A stretch of 64,000 nt of DNA from Pecten maximus. Lineage: Eukaryota. The stretch's first letter is position 1; each line of letters starts with the position of its first letter. Shown one piece after another: positions 24,179-38,591 of the stretch. A model generated the notes under the pieces. It made no database searches, was not told the origin of the DNA, and was given only the letters and a program-made list of their open reading frames with translations. The position numbers and the translations under genes are program-made. Location: positions 9,548,001-9,612,000 of the forward strand of contig NC_047029.1 in the NCBI RefSeq assembly GCF_902652985.1. The letters run 5' to 3'.

Positions 24179-26477
24179 TCATTTAACAGTTGGAAAGAAA
24201 CGACCGTGAAAGGTTTCGGGAACTCGCGTTGGTAAGTCCGCTGTGTGAGAGGTTGTCATGGAAACGGCATCAATGATGGCAAGATAGCTCACATTCTTCT
24301 CACCATCCAGAACGGGCACCAACAAATAACCGTCATCTTCGTTAAGTTTAGAATGGTTATTGGCTGGGAATGGAATAAACCACATTTCCGCCGGGTAATG
24401 ATTGGGATAAAACCACATCCGATCTTTCCCATTGTCACAAAGATCTTTTTTAACCAGAGCAAAATGGCTATAATTGATATCGTCACACTTACTGACCAAA
24501 CCATACACGTAGCAGTAGTTCCGAGATCGGTAGTTCTCGTTGATTATCGGCATGTCAAACTTTGTTGCACAAGGATATTTAACAGATTCCGGAAATGGTT
24601 TCACACTTACCTGCGTTATGTTCAAATTAATCCCGTATCGTGTTAAAACCGGATGTGGATTTAGTTTGTTCCTTTCGCTACGATTTAACAATGTTTCCAG
24701 TTTTAAATCAAAGATGATTGAAGCGTCGAAGTATGTTGGTACGTCAATTACAATCTCCTTAGTCCACGTCTCGAAGGCGTTTATGTGATGCAAATAGAAT
24801 ACCGGTGGAACGTGAAACGTTCGGATGATTCCAGACTTGATCTCTATGACATATATTGTCATATTCCTTCGAGCGCCATTCCATTTGAAACTTTTTGAAA
24901 TAGATCCTGATGTCAGAAAAGATTTAATATCGAGAAATAGTGGCGGACTAAAAAATATCACGTAGTTTGGAGTAACTGAAAATGAATGCATGAACGAAAC
25001 TTCGTCTGGATCCACAGACCATTGCGCGACAACCTCCCGTTCAGTCGTCGATTTAATCCGGATAAGCGAAATCCTATGTTTAACTCCAGGAATAATAGCA
25101 AGACTGTATAAGTACGTAAAATGATGAGGCGTGCCGTATTCCGGAAGTGGATGAGCCGTCGACATAACATTCTTGAAGATGAAACTGTTTATACCGCCGG
25201 TAGAAGGGACTTCAGGATGCAGATTTCCAATCGTCCTAAGGGATACGGGGTCGATTTCATAGTTATCCCAAACATCATTCAATGTCACGAAGCTGCCTTG
25301 TTTATTTCCTTCGGAAGGAAAGCGGTAAATGTTCACATTCATGTTGTCCATTCCCCGCCATAACGCTAATAACATTAGGAGATGGTTAAATCGTGGCTCT
25401 GTAGATCCGAACAGCAAATATGGAGAAATGTCATTCTGTGAGATAGACTTCTTATAAAAGCTAGATTTGATGAATTTAGTAGAGAAAAGTACCGTACCGT
25501 TTCCTTTAAACTGCCAACTGTAGAGTTTTCCATACCCGTCAAACATGTGGCAAACACTCCGATTACCGACCTCGAACTGCGCAGGTCCATTTCTGATCTG
25601 TTTGAAAGAAAAAGCGGTTGTAAAATACTACAATCAATCTAATTAAAATCTAGATGGTCATTCTCAGTACGTTACATGAACATCTAACAACATCCCATAA
25701 GGGGTCACGTTGGGGTGACCTTTTGGATTAGCCAATCAGATGCCTACTTCCAGAATCTTTAAAGTGAATTTTATATGCACGAATATTAGCATGACTAGAG
25801 TGCATAGCTTGCATGATCTGTCGATTTGTTTCAAGTCATTTCGTCCCAGAAAGCATATAGTACATGTATATACATGCTGTACCGAAATGCTTTGCTTCAG
25901 ATGCATAATGTGACGAAATGGTTTGCTTCGATGCCATCGAAAAATTGACGATTCGCCCTGAAAGTGAAATGCACATAGCTCAAAGGTCATCAGAACGTGA
26001 CCCCTAATGGGATGTCGTTAGATGTTCATGTAACGTAGTGAGAAATACCATCGAGATCTTAATTAGATTGTACTGCAATATACAAACATTTAAAAAAAAA
26101 ATTGTCGGAAAGTAAGATGAAATGGCCATCATTAATACTTACTTTCGCTATTTATGAAACAATCTAGACTACTTATTCTAGAGAGTCATTAGGCATTGCT
26201 ATCAGTTTGTATTGTTTTACAGCCATACACTAAGAATTACCCTATGCTGTTGGATATATATAATTTTACTTACCAATATCCCGTTGATCCATCGAGGTAT
26301 CGGTTTGTCAAAGTGGATGGGGACATTCTCCAGTTCTTTTGTGTTAGTACGAAACATGTTCTCGAATCCCTTATCCTGTATCCCGTTCTCGTCAGTCCGA
26401 GTTCTGCGGAGGCATAAGTCTACACCAGTCCAGCATATTGTGGTGATTAGGAGAATGTAGAAAATAGATGGCGACAT
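24179..26477 (-). CDS. Carotenoid cleavage oxygenase (BCO-like, RPE65 family), copy B, intact; exons 26477-26274 and 25597-24179 (540 aa)
   Basis: In-frame splice WINGIL|IRNGPAQF...HMFDGYG, the DNMNVN motif, four His contexts (STAHP, FMHSF, YLHHINAFE, TFHG), EDDG.LL and a hydrophobic N-terminus. Confidence 0.93.
25635..26070. mobile_element. MITE in the intron of oxygenase copy B
   Basis: About 75-bp imperfect terminal inverted repeats: CAATCTAATTAA...ACGTTACATGAACATCTAAC.ACATCCCAT.AGGGGTCACGTT and its reverse complement at about 25995-26070. Confidence 0.85.
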
Positions 26478-27644
26478 TTTAAATTATTTTGGTAAATGAT
26501 GAATCATGTTTTCCCGCAACAGCATCAAAGGGTAATAGTTTGTGATGTGGGTTTTCACAATTATTTCAATTAAAAACATTTAAAGATTAATCAACCTTCA
26601 CGGAGGAATCCATCAAATTACACAGTATTAAAACACTTTGTATCCATATAGCAGTAAATGTCACAAAATGTTTTCTGGCATTTACTGCAACTACATTGTT
26701 GTTGTTGTTGTTGTTGTTGTTGTAAACATATCTACCGAGATATGTCTAATTGTCCCGACCTACAATAGTTCGCGAAATATCTTTTCGAAATATCTATATT
26801 ATATCTATGCTAATATCCTATAATTTTCGTTAGATCCATCGTGAAATGCTGTCGCTTGTGATGCCTGCGACTCGTGTACATTGAATATCTCGATGACTGA
26901 GTGAATGAACAGATCTTGATATATTGACAAGAGTACATGCAGTTATTATCAGAGACAGCTGGAGACACCTGCTTCAGATACACATAACGACTCGTTTATA
27001 ATAGCCCCGAGCTTCTACATGTAGCGATCGTTACGAATTACGTCACTTTCCCACACACAGCTTTAAAAATGTAAATGCATGGAGTTAAGGTTATTGTCGC
27101 CGCGTATGCAGCATCTTCCTTTGAGAGGTCTCGACAGACCTTCATACTGTCAACTTGATTTGTAGTAATTCATTACAGGTATATAACACTAACTCGAAAT
27201 TCCCTTTACAACTTTAAACGCATGACGAAATGTCAGAAAAAATACCTGTACCAAGGTCCCTGGTATTTCCCGCCGTAAATGTCATCAAAAACCTTCTCAT
27301 CTATCTGTCTGGCGGCAGTGAAAAAAACCCAGTAAAACACTGAATGTCGAGGATGAACCAGACGCGCCGCTTGACAAAGGGTTTCAAGTGATGCAGGTTG
27401 ATGAAAACCATGGGAAAGTTTTCTAGTTGACATCGTGGTCCCAATGGAAAATATACTCCTTATGCGATATGAAGTTAGACATACTATAATTCGATGCTCG
27501 TTGCTATAACTGTAATTTTCATTACATTCAAATACTTTGAAGACGTTTTTTTGTTTTTATTTTGTATGTTATTAAGCACATTGCGATAATCTGTTGCTGC
27601 TGCTGAAGATGATAAAATTGTGAGTTTTATTGAGGGTGAATCAG

Positions 27645-28372
27645 GATGATGATGATGATGCATGTTGATTGATGATGATGATGGTGAGGATNNNNNNNNN
27701 NNNNNNNNNNNNNNNNNNNNNNNNNNNNNNNNNNNNNNNNNNNNNNNNNNNNNNNNNNNNNNNNNNNNNNNNNNNNNNNNNNNNNNNNNNNNNNNNNNNN
27801 NNNNNNNNNNNNNNNNNNNNNNNNNNNNNNNNNNNNNNNNNNNNNNNNNNNNNNNNNNNNNNNNNNNNNNNNNNNNNNNNNNNNNNNNNNNNNNNNNNNN
27901 NNNNNNNNNNNNNNNNNNNNNNNNNNNNNNNNNNNNNNNNNNNNNNNNNNNNNNNNNNNNNNNNNNNNNNNNNNNNNNNNNNNNNNNNNNNNNNNNNNNN
28001 NNNNNNNNNNNNNNNNNNNNNNNNNNNNNNNNNNNNNNNNNNNNNNNNNNNNNNNNNNNNNNNNNNNNNNNNNNNNNNNNNNNNNNNNNNNNNNNNNNNN
28101 NNNNNNNNNNNNNNNNNNNNNNNNNNNNNNNNNNNNNNNNNNNNNNNNNNNNNNNNNNNNNNNNNNNNNNNNNNNNNNNTTTGATGATGATTGGTGATGA
28201 TGGTGGTGGTGAGAACGAGGATGATTATTGCAGATGAGGATGATGACTATTGATGATGATTTGATGATGTGATGCTGATGATGATTTGATGATGATGATG
28301 ATTGGATGGTGATGCTGATGATAAGGATGAGGAAGAGGATGATATGATGAGGATGATGAGGATGAAGATGAG
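27645..28372. repeat. Degenerate (GAT)n microsatellite spanning an assembly gap (N 27692-28179)
   Basis: GAT/GAG/GGT triplet runs on both sides of the N run. Confidence 0.9.
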
Positions 28373-30900
28373 TGTGAGTAGTGAGGATAATTGTTAAAAG
28401 ATTATGGCAGTAGTGTGCAGGTGATATATTAAAATTATTGACTGTTAATGATATATGTGTTTTGGAAAATAAGAAAATTATAAAAAAAAAAAAAAAAAAA
28501 AATACTTTGAAGACGTTATCAATCCTGGATTTGATCTATATTTACTTTGTAGTGTAGTTGATAAAACGAGAGACGCTTAGCCTTCCGGAACGTATCATCC
28601 TTGTATGCTTTCAAGAGTTTTCCTGTAAATTGATATTTTGTGTACATATTGCACACTTTTTATGTTGACGATTAAGAATTCGTTTCCATGTAGATATTTT
28701 TCTGTGTTTTTTTTTATCGTAAGAAATTATGTTAACGTCAAATTAACTATTGTTTACTTATTTAAACTTCTTTTTTTGTTAAAGCGACTATAACAGTAGA
28801 TTCCATACAATTCAAACGGCGATTTATTCTTATAAATTGTGATATATGTTAAGTTATAGTGATACAGGCGTCTATACCAGTAAACATGTTCTGTTAAAAT
28901 ATATATTTGGGTTTTTAAAATCACTTTTACCTTTGATTGATATTTGTAAACAATGCTTCACGAAGAGAGCTAATCACGTGGGTGCGCGTGAGGACTCAAG
29001 GCCGCGGTCTGATTACGAGAGTTAACATACACATTCTTGTAGGACCTATCACACTGTAATGTTAACGTTTTGCACTGGTATAGATATTTGAAAACATGGT
29101 TGCGGACATTTTCCATTTTCGTAATTCTGGGAAAGTCTGAGTTTTATGAGTATTATATTCCGCCAGATAACATTTACCAACAGTGATTTTAACAGTTTAA
29201 TTCGCTTTAAATGTGTATAACGTAGTAGTAAGAAAACATAATCTAATCGGTTGAATCCTCTTCGCTTACTAAGGAATACTCTTTAAAAAATTAAATAAAA
29301 AACATAAAAACAAAAACTAAAATTAATCGTATTGAACCTTGGCTAGCGAACATGCACTTGTACATGATACAACTGTGTACGTTTTTGCCCGTCTGCAAGG
29401 AAAACCCATGTTTTTCAGATGGCGTGACGTCACCAATATTCTCTTTTTAATGTTATACTTTTAAAGATACAACGATTGCTCTAAAAGGTGAACTTAATTT
29501 ATATTAAAGTTTATCCAGTAGCGGTTGAAAGAAAATGCATAAATGTATTTCACATTGGAATTAACGGAACTGGCGAGACAACATATATTCCATGTGGTAT
29601 CCATACTAAACTCAATACACAATTATTTCGATTCACCCAGACGACCTGTTTGCTGTTAACAACTAATCACAGCAGGTTTACAAGGCCTTAGATTAATAGA
29701 ATCTTACATGGGCCTGTTCGATCGACATGGATACCTCAACCCGAGTGTAGACGTTTGGCTGGCTAGCCTACGGTCAGTATCAGGTAACTAGATTGATAGC
29801 CAGCAATAATGATCGATTCTAGTACAAATACCACATGTACCACTATCAATCATGAATGTAAATAAAAAAAAAACAAAAAAAACACACAACTTTTCAGGTA
29901 CAAATGACAAATAACTTTACTTGTTTTACTATCATTTACATTCAATCCATCGGAATATAACAATATATGGTTCTTGTAATGTGTATTACATGCATTTATA
30001 AGGTTCGAGATATTGTTTTAAATGTTGTTGCATCACTGTTTTATAGAAGAATGTAGCTGTATATGATATCTTATTTTTGGTAGCAAAATTAGCGCAGAAT
30101 TTACTTATTTGTTAATGTGTATTCATCCCTGCTCAGCTGCTGTATCAAACAAAGTGTACATTGTCCAGCCTTCCTATATGATATTTTAAAAACACAAATC
30201 AAAGATTGCTTTTATCATTGATAACCCCTCCGTATGATTCAAAGTACAGTATCGCAAATCTCCCAATAAGTTTGACTATTTAGGAATCTCCTTTCCTATA
30301 TCTTAGCATTTATCCTCACGCTGCCATCTTTATTATTTCATTTATTTGGACTCCGCTATATTGATAAATAAATGTTTTACTTGTTTAATATTTGTGAAAA
30401 AAACATACACTGACACACCCTCGTTTTGCTACGAGCAGTAGAATTCGAGTGATTTGTGGACGGTCCAGGAGTGTTTTAACTTATTAATATTCATAATGTC
30501 GGCAATGCTTGCTATGTGGTCTTCGTCGGCTAGTCGGACAAGTAGGCATGTTTTGGTAAAATGCTGACAGATAATATACAAGAAGATTGTATCAGTTTTA
30601 TCCTAAATTGTCTGATCTGTAATTGATTCAGAATGTCATATCAAAGCTGCAGCCCTTGCATTGCGTAAGGAACGACAACTCTGAGTAGACTGACCATTGA
30701 TGCACCGGAAGTCAGCAATATTAAGATTGAGTAGAGAGAGAATAAAAACCACAATATTTTTTCTTCACATGTTAGTTTTATGATACCTGTTCAACGAGTA
30801 TTGCTACTGTTAGATCTAAATCGAATGTTCGTCTGCTATCCCAATGGGATAGATTTTCGGGACACATCGGAATTCGACCATCATATAAGTGTGAACGTAC

Positions 30901-31467
30901 CTGTAATGTTTGCCTGTCTCCTGTGAACGGACAGCTCCGACTTCCTTTTCATAAGAAGGTTGTGCCATTACGTTTCGACTTCCTCGACCGAGTGGCTGAC
31001 AGTTAAGAGCATTGATAGCAGTTGCGATCTTCCTCTCCTCTCGAATTTCTTTTGTGATGGGTTGTGATTCCAGATACAAACTTTGACCTCATCACGTCTT
31101 TGTTTTCCTCCACGAGCTTCGTGAATACGACATCCGCCGGCTGACCAGTTTGGTTTCTGTTTTTACACGGCGTCTCTCCTGTTTCTTACGCCATTTTCGC
31201 CTAGTTTATGACGGAAGCAGACGACCGAGCACGTGCTTTCATCCACGTGCAATTGTTTGTAAACAGAAAGAACGGGAATTGGTATGTCACGTCATCAGCA
31301 ACAAGCATTTTTAGAAGGTTGCGATATGCTTTACAAAGAACAACTTATTATGGCGCTTTAGATAATTATGCAAAAAACATAAAACAACTTGCTTTCTAAA
31401 GCAGATTTAAGTGTACTTAAGTATGAACTTAAGAAAATCCTTAGGTTAGTTTACGAATACGAGTCCA
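30901..31467 (-). mobile_element. Decayed PIF/Harbinger-like element with a Myb/SANT-like DNA-binding gene remnant (about 31194-30901)
   Basis: Frameshifted pieces KQKPNWSA / VFTKLVEENKDVMRSKFVSGIT / KIATAINA / SVEEVET*WHNLLMKRKSEL..RRQANITG followed by a GT donor. A TIR-like end GGACTCGTATTCGTAAA lies at about 31451-31467 (minus strand), next to CTTAAG repeats. Confidence 0.7.
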
Positions 31468-34400
31468 GGATTTCCTTATTTGCCTAAAGCAGTTGTTTCG
31501 TTACATATATCATTGACTCCTCACCAAGAGAGCGGAGAAATTCAAAATACACTTTCATTTTTTTCACATTAAATATCATGGTACAGAATGTCTAAATGTA
31601 CTTCAGTCTTTTTTGATTAAAATTCAATGATTGGTAAGAAGTTGATGCAGGTAGATATCGAATAAAGAGTTGTTAAATTCAAAGTTAATTAAAAAAAGGG
31701 GTATGATGTACGCATAGCACCATGCACGGAGAGGGGAAGTAACTCGTACAATATGTGTTGTTTATCAGAAAAATAAAGTCCGGAAACAGAATTACTATTC
31801 GAAAATTACAAATTACAAACCGGAAGTTTACATGCACACATGAAAGCACATGTGTAACAGGAAAGGTAAACATTCCATTTTAGTTATAATATGATTCGCT
31901 TTATAGACGAATTACAGTGTGTAATATGAATTCACGTAATCTTGGAGAAAAAGTTCTCAATTGACAGTCAGTAGAGGACATGTACTCGATTGTTAATTCC
32001 GTGTACACCTACATGAGCAGTAGTGACCTATACGTACCTCGCTGACACTGTCAGTCAGGAACTGGAGCAGGGGCAAAACTGGCTATGTAGTACGTACATG
32101 TACACCAGCTCTCTGTCTATAGCCATTGTTTTCCATTTATTTGTCATATCTTCTATATCCCACAGCAAAATAGAGTATTATTTTATTCTGTTGATTATTT
32201 GGTCGCCTGGGTTCCAATCCTATTTACTGTATTAGACATTTTATTTGTCTAGTTTGGGACCAATGGAAACTTGCTTGTTTGGTGCGTACAATATATATTT
32301 GTTATTACTTAACCAGTAGTTAAATATACAATTTGTATATCAAATTTTATTTACCTACCTATACCATACCCATCTACGAACCTACTTACTACCTACCTAC
32401 CTAGCTGGTAGCTATCTAAGGGAACAAACATTTTAATGCAACGTGTAGCCTTATTGGATGAGAAGGTTAGATGTATAATTTAGCTGCCTAAACGTTATAC
32501 ACCTAACTACATACCTACCCAACGAATATGATATATTCGTTGGGTAGGGGTGTAGGTAGGTGTGTTATGTTTAATGCTAGCCCTATTGGATGAAGAATGA
32601 ATTTATTAAACTTTTAACGTGTCCTGTATATGTTCTAAACTAAATGAAAATAAGCCTGCACACTTAAATTGCGTCAAGAAAGTTTCAACTTAATTATTTT
32701 TTTAAATGCAACATTTGTTGTCACTGTACTTTAAAGATAACACGGATGATTTTTTTTCTTTCTAACCTAAACATTTGCATTCGTCAGTTTCTTGTCATTA
32801 GTAGTTTATGACGACCCGACCCCAGTTCATCAACATACATAATTTAAGGCTCCTTAACTACATTGTAAGATATTTTTCTTAAATCCAATAATCTGTCCTA
32901 TGAAAAAATCAAGTTACTTATTTCCTCAAGCTCAGGGCTATGGTTTTGTTCGACGTAGTGTTATATATTGTGATACAGGTTTTTGTTTTGGTGGTATGCA
33001 AATATAATCTAAAATTCCATCAAGGTATTCGAGCATGCTGAATGGGGAAACTACATAAATACATACAATGCTGATTTATACGCGATGGTTGAACTGAAAA
33101 AACGTAAATAAACGAATAAATGTAGACACCAGTAATTGGGTATTTCTGATTGGGTAATAAATTCGATTTTTTTTATTTACAGAAAATTGGAGCATATGTG
33201 ATCCATGGAGAAAGTCACTTTTTAGACGTGCTCGCGTTCAGTAGAACTCTACATACCGACTACAACATAAGTATTAGTTACTGCTAAACGGGACATGCAG
33301 CTTCCGTAACGTCTCCTGTGAGGAGAGGGAACTCTACCAGCCAAATCGACCAACTCTGTAGAGAGCTAATTGAGTAAGAAGAAAACGAGATAGAGGAGGA
33401 ATGTGTATGTGCCGAGTGTGCCTGTGGTTCCTCTGTAATGGCCGGTGTGGGTGTAAAATTCACCGGCCAGATCTGATACCGGACGACACCCCAGAACCGT
33501 CCATTGATCAGGCTGTAGACATCCAATCTACCTCTCCAGACCACAAACTGGAATCGACTGGACCGTCCGCTTAGTTACAGCGTCGACTGTTTTATAAACA
33601 TGTTAACAGGTAAACACGACTTATCTCCCTTGTTTCGTTTTGATGGCAAATATTTGAAGCTGGCAACGCAAGCTAAAAAGCTTTCGTTTTGTACCGAGGA
33701 TGGCAAATACTTAAGCATATATTTTACAGAAACATCTTAATTCATGCAGTGTATTTGTTTGTTCTTTTATAAGTGGGTGTAAAGATTGAATTGCAACTAT
33801 GAATGCCAACTTCTGCCTACAAATGGAGTTCTTTTAACCTTGTAACTTCACATTTTATAATTCATATTTACTTGATGTGTAATGTTTTCATCAATTATTT
33901 TTCATGGTAAATAAAGCCATAAAAAGGTTGCCTAAGGGGCAATCCGATACAAAACTTTGTCCTTATTTTGTCAGATTCACATAGGCAAGATCTCTATTCC
34001 TACGAACACATCATTTGCATCTAATTTAGTATTACAAGGAATTATGCAACAGATGGGAAACGGACTTGATACAGTGGTCTTAAATTAAAGTTTATATCAT
34101 ACATTGAAAAATGACAAAGCTTATTTAAAGAACATATATGTGTACATCATACAATGATAACGAGTTATTTCCCTTTGACGACTGAGATATGTGATTTCAT
34201 TTTTTTTTATTTTGAGAAAGGAAGGATACTTTGATACATTTAAATTGGATTATATTCTTTGTTAAAAACTCCACCATTAATCAAGAGGCGTCCGTATTAA
34301 CAAAACTCTTAAGTTTTAACGGGACTATAGATTGATCAACTATTGTCATACAAGTTCGATCGCCTGCTGGATATCAATTGTATTGCTTTATGGCAGTTTA

Positions 34401-35825
34401 GCTTGGTTTTGTTTTGTTTAACTTCCTCAACACAATGAGATCATTTCAGTACGGCACCTACAATACACCAACTGAAGAGTCTCTTAAGCGCCCATTTACT
34501 AAATGTATTTTGCGAATCGTCGTGACATACCTCCGGCCCTGAAGGTAAGATGTAAGATTTGATCTGCTGCCTTCGTTACCGTGAGGTCTGTCCTGAGGTC
34601 CACTGTGCGATTTACTTAGTCTGTACGGCAGTTTTATCCCGTTGTTACTGAAATGTGGCTGAATTGGGTTTCATGATACCAAGGTGTTATTTCAGTGTGA
34701 CTGCACTATAAATGCGAAAATCAAATTGGTCACAGCCGTTGCTGTTGTGAGGACGTAAACTCCACCACGCGAAACCTTCCTTAAGCAGAAAACATCTGCA
34801 GTGACCCAAACCGTACTCGCATTTGACACGTATACGGTTTGGAGGATGCATTCATGTGATTGCTGCGGACAGGTGACATTATTAAAAACAAAGTACACTC
34901 TAAAATAAGCACATGACAACACCTACTCGACGATAATATCGGGCAGCCATCTTTCTGATTTAGGTCCTCACCAGTTCCCATACTATATCACCATATCTAT
35001 TAAACACACCACTTTGATATCAAATGTATTGAACTTGTGTCCATGTCCTTTTGTTATGTAAACAAATTATTCGTCAAATGAGCTGATACCATCGTCACTG
35101 GGCGTCCTGCCCTCATACCCGACACCAAAACTGCACGTTTACTGCCGCGATATCTGACGGATTACATAATAGGTTACCCGGATGTACAGCGGCCAGCGTG
35201 TTTGTACGTGTTCAGTAAATGCTGTTGATGTATGCACGTTCCAGTTGGAACTAAGTAAGGCTGACAAATGTATTGTAAATGCACCTCAAGGACAACATAT
35301 CAACACATCTGTAACCTGGCGATGTCTCGATATTATGTCGTCCATTATGAAAAGGACATGTTTAAGATGTAGCAAACATTTCGATACACACTACTGCAAC
35401 TATTTCAGATATGTCAGTGTTTTGTAGCACTAATTTGAATCTTTCCATAAAGAATTTCATGTCCTTTGTGGAATCACCTTGTTGTAGTTGCCTACACGAT
35501 TGGGAAGATTGTATTTTGTAACTAGGGTACAACTAATATGTATAAATCTTAACGTATTAATTAAGGAACGTTGAGTGATGAAACCAACCGCTGTATCTTT
35601 TTCTTTATCCCGATATAACTACACCCTCTCCCTTCCTCCGTAACGATTTGGCTTTGTCTTGCAAAATGAATGCATCCATTCCAAGTTATTGATCTTCATA
35701 AGCAGGCACTGGTGCATTTCCTGCACGTGGAAATGTCAGAAGTTCACCTTTGTATTGAGAAATTCTACATATAGTTTGCCAGTTTTGCGTACGAGGAAAT
35801 GCAAACTAATGTTGCTGACCAATTC

Positions 35826-36620
35826 TTAGCTCACCGGTTACGAGTAACGGTGAGCTAATCCCTGGGTCGGCGTTGGCGTCCAACCTCAAAACTTTCAAGT
35901 TTTTGGGGTAAGTTTTTGGAAAGCTTTTAAGTCCAAAAGTATACACCTCACGCCCTTTTAATATAGTTTATACATTAATTATAGGTCTAGGAATGATAAT
36001 ATCAAAAATGTCTGCAAAATCATGCAGAAAAATACGTGAGTTTTTTCACATTTTACCATTTTGTCGACTTAACATTTTTGGCACTAAAACCCACTTCTAG
36101 GTTTTTCTAATGTACATAAAAAATGAATGCATAGTGCGTTTGCTGCTGCCGGTAAACTTCCCAATCATTCATTGCACTTGTTTAGAGTGCTGATGAGTAA
36201 TGTTGAGAAGGACATTGCTTATATTTTAATTATGAAATTCACCTGAATCTATCTGAGCGTGTTATATACCTGTACCTGATCTCGCTAGTTGCTCATTCTT
36301 AGCCTTTCCCTGTTAGAACTCTATACCAACCGGTGAAACAGTGATTTTCTCTGTTGATGGTATTCGAGTGTAAATAATCTGTTTGGTCTCTAAACTTTCT
36401 CACTGCTAAGATCGACCACTCCAACCCAATAATCTTATAACTAACAAATCTAAAACTAGTAAAACCACGTGGTGGAGGATATTTCCAAAATGTTTTCTAT
36501 AAAACGATTTTTTTCACTTTAAAAGTACTTTAGAAATAGACCTTCCATTTTGTAGTTAAATTAATGTTTCCCTACTGAAATATCTATTGAAACCAGTGAG
36601 TTATAGCGCAACATGGGTAA
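35826..36620 (+). mobile_element. Helentron-associated (HINE-like) non-autonomous element
   Basis: Opens with the hairpin TTAGCTCACCG-GTTACGAGTAAC-GGTGAGCTAA and GGCGT(T/C) repeats, and ends near CCAGTGAG. The right boundary is approximate. Confidence 0.5.
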
Positions 36621-38591
36621 ATTTAAATATTAAGATTTCAAATCAATTCCTTTACTCAAATGCTTTGAAATATGTTTGGGCTTATCGTAAATATTCGCGC
36701 ACTACGCGAAAACAACATGTTATGTACAAAGCTTCCGGGTGATGTTCTTATTCCAATGCGTCATCCGTCCTAGATATTCGTCTTACTATCAGATAAGTCC
36801 TATTCAGAGTGACTACATGCAAAATAAAAAAAAATAAAAAGGGGTTAAAACAAAACGAAAACAAGATAATACCCCTTTTCATGTCTTGAACAAACAACAA
36901 AATCCTCGTGTACCTAACCTTGAACATCTTGTGGAAGATTTAAAAATATCATTGATAACATAAATCGGTCGTCTGAGTTATTACATAATTCATTATCAGA
37001 ACGGGTGATGTGTTGCAGGCAACCCCTGTCTACCACAGGTATGTCTACTGGTTTTCCCACAGGAAATGTTTAGACAATGACTAATACGACCCGGTTTGGT
37101 GCTATTTGAATGACGCTCTGGTGCCCGAAAGTTACAAACTGATGCACTTACAGTGATATTCAAGCACGGATAGCGAACATTGATAACTAAAATGCTATCT
37201 ATTATATAACCTGGCCATGTGCACTCTAAAAGATTAAACGGACACAAGAAAACGTGTTGTATCAAATTGTTTTCTTTGAGGGTGTATCTTGCTAAATTGT
37301 ATTTCGCCAAGTTTAAGGTGTTTAATTCGAATCGCTGTTTACACAAGACCGGTACAACTAGCCCTAGCATGGTGATTTTAAAAACAGAAATCGTTTTTTT
37401 TCAATGAAGAGTAAAACAACGTGGTAGCCTTAGTATGGAAACTACAAATATTCACTAAACAGAAAATTGTACGAAAAATAAAAAATGATTTTGAATTCTG
37501 ACGCGTAATGCCTTTTCACCAATACAAAAATATAATTGTTAATTTTTTACTTAAATCCTCTGTAACAAACTCGTTAGCCAATATGCAGCATCATCCGACT
37601 AAACATCATGATACTTTTTAATTTCCCAGTTGTTATTGTTTACATTTCTGTTTCCCAGCTTGCGGTGTTTACATGTCCGAGTTAATTCGATAATCACAGA
37701 CGTTTTTCCTTTATTATCACGCTTTCCGTAAGTGATGACGACTATTGACGAAAACATCACTCGGATTCAAATGATGTTTGAAGAAGGTCATGTTAAAGTG
37801 TCATGGTTAATACAATCCCATTGTGAAATATTCCTTCCGCAATATGAAGTCGGAGGTATCCATCCTCGTTGATTTACCCGGAGGTTCGGTTGCCATAGCA
37901 ATAGTATTCATTTTGATGACGTGACCTAGCCTTGAATTTGACGCTTACCCTTTCAGAACGCATGGTCTTAGTTTCGTGGTTTATTTTCCAGGGGTTGCCA
38001 TATAAATCTGTATTATGGGACAACTCTCTTTGTGTTTTACAATTCAACATAGCTTTTCGTTAAATTGAAAGCTTCACTACCTCCTGTGATATTCGAGTTC
38101 CGTTTGGTAATTTTCTCGGATGGATAGAATTTATAGATGTCAGCAGCTCTCATGCGAAACTTTATTCAACGATGGTTGATATTGAGTACAACCAAAGCAT
38201 GTTCTTTGTAATCGTGAAAAAAACAACAAAAAACAATGGCGTGTATAAGCTTTAATCCGTTATATGACTTATAATTCAAATCCTCAATTGAAAATGGAAT
38301 TAATCTCTTTCTAGATGCCCCGATAGTAAAAATAACCATCAGAATCAATTCGTCGTTTTAATGCATTGTTTCCATTTCACAACATACGATTTAATCGAAT
38401 ATTAAATCGATATCAATCTGTTTATCTATAATTACAACTCTGGGTGTATGTCAAAATGAACTAAATGCAATACAAATCATGCGTAGCTGATAAAAACTCC
38501 ACCACAAAAGTCTGGAAGGAAAAGCGTAATGGCATAACATCTCAGCACCCAATGAAAAGCGAAATCAAGTTTTTTTTTCTCCAGTTTTGCC

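Noticed and set aside
27662-28237. ORFs spanning N runs (also 57967-58770)
   Set aside because: Assembly-gap artefacts. The 1471-aa length of the NACHT ORF is likewise unreliable across the 500-N gap.
33438-33470. TGGCCGGTG/CACCGGCCA hairpin as a twister or HDV-like ribozyme
   Set aside because: The required pseudoknot pairings and conserved core residues could not be found.
35080-35780. Possible LINE endonuclease remnant on the minus strand
   Set aside because: Only a vague motif resemblance; too degraded to support.
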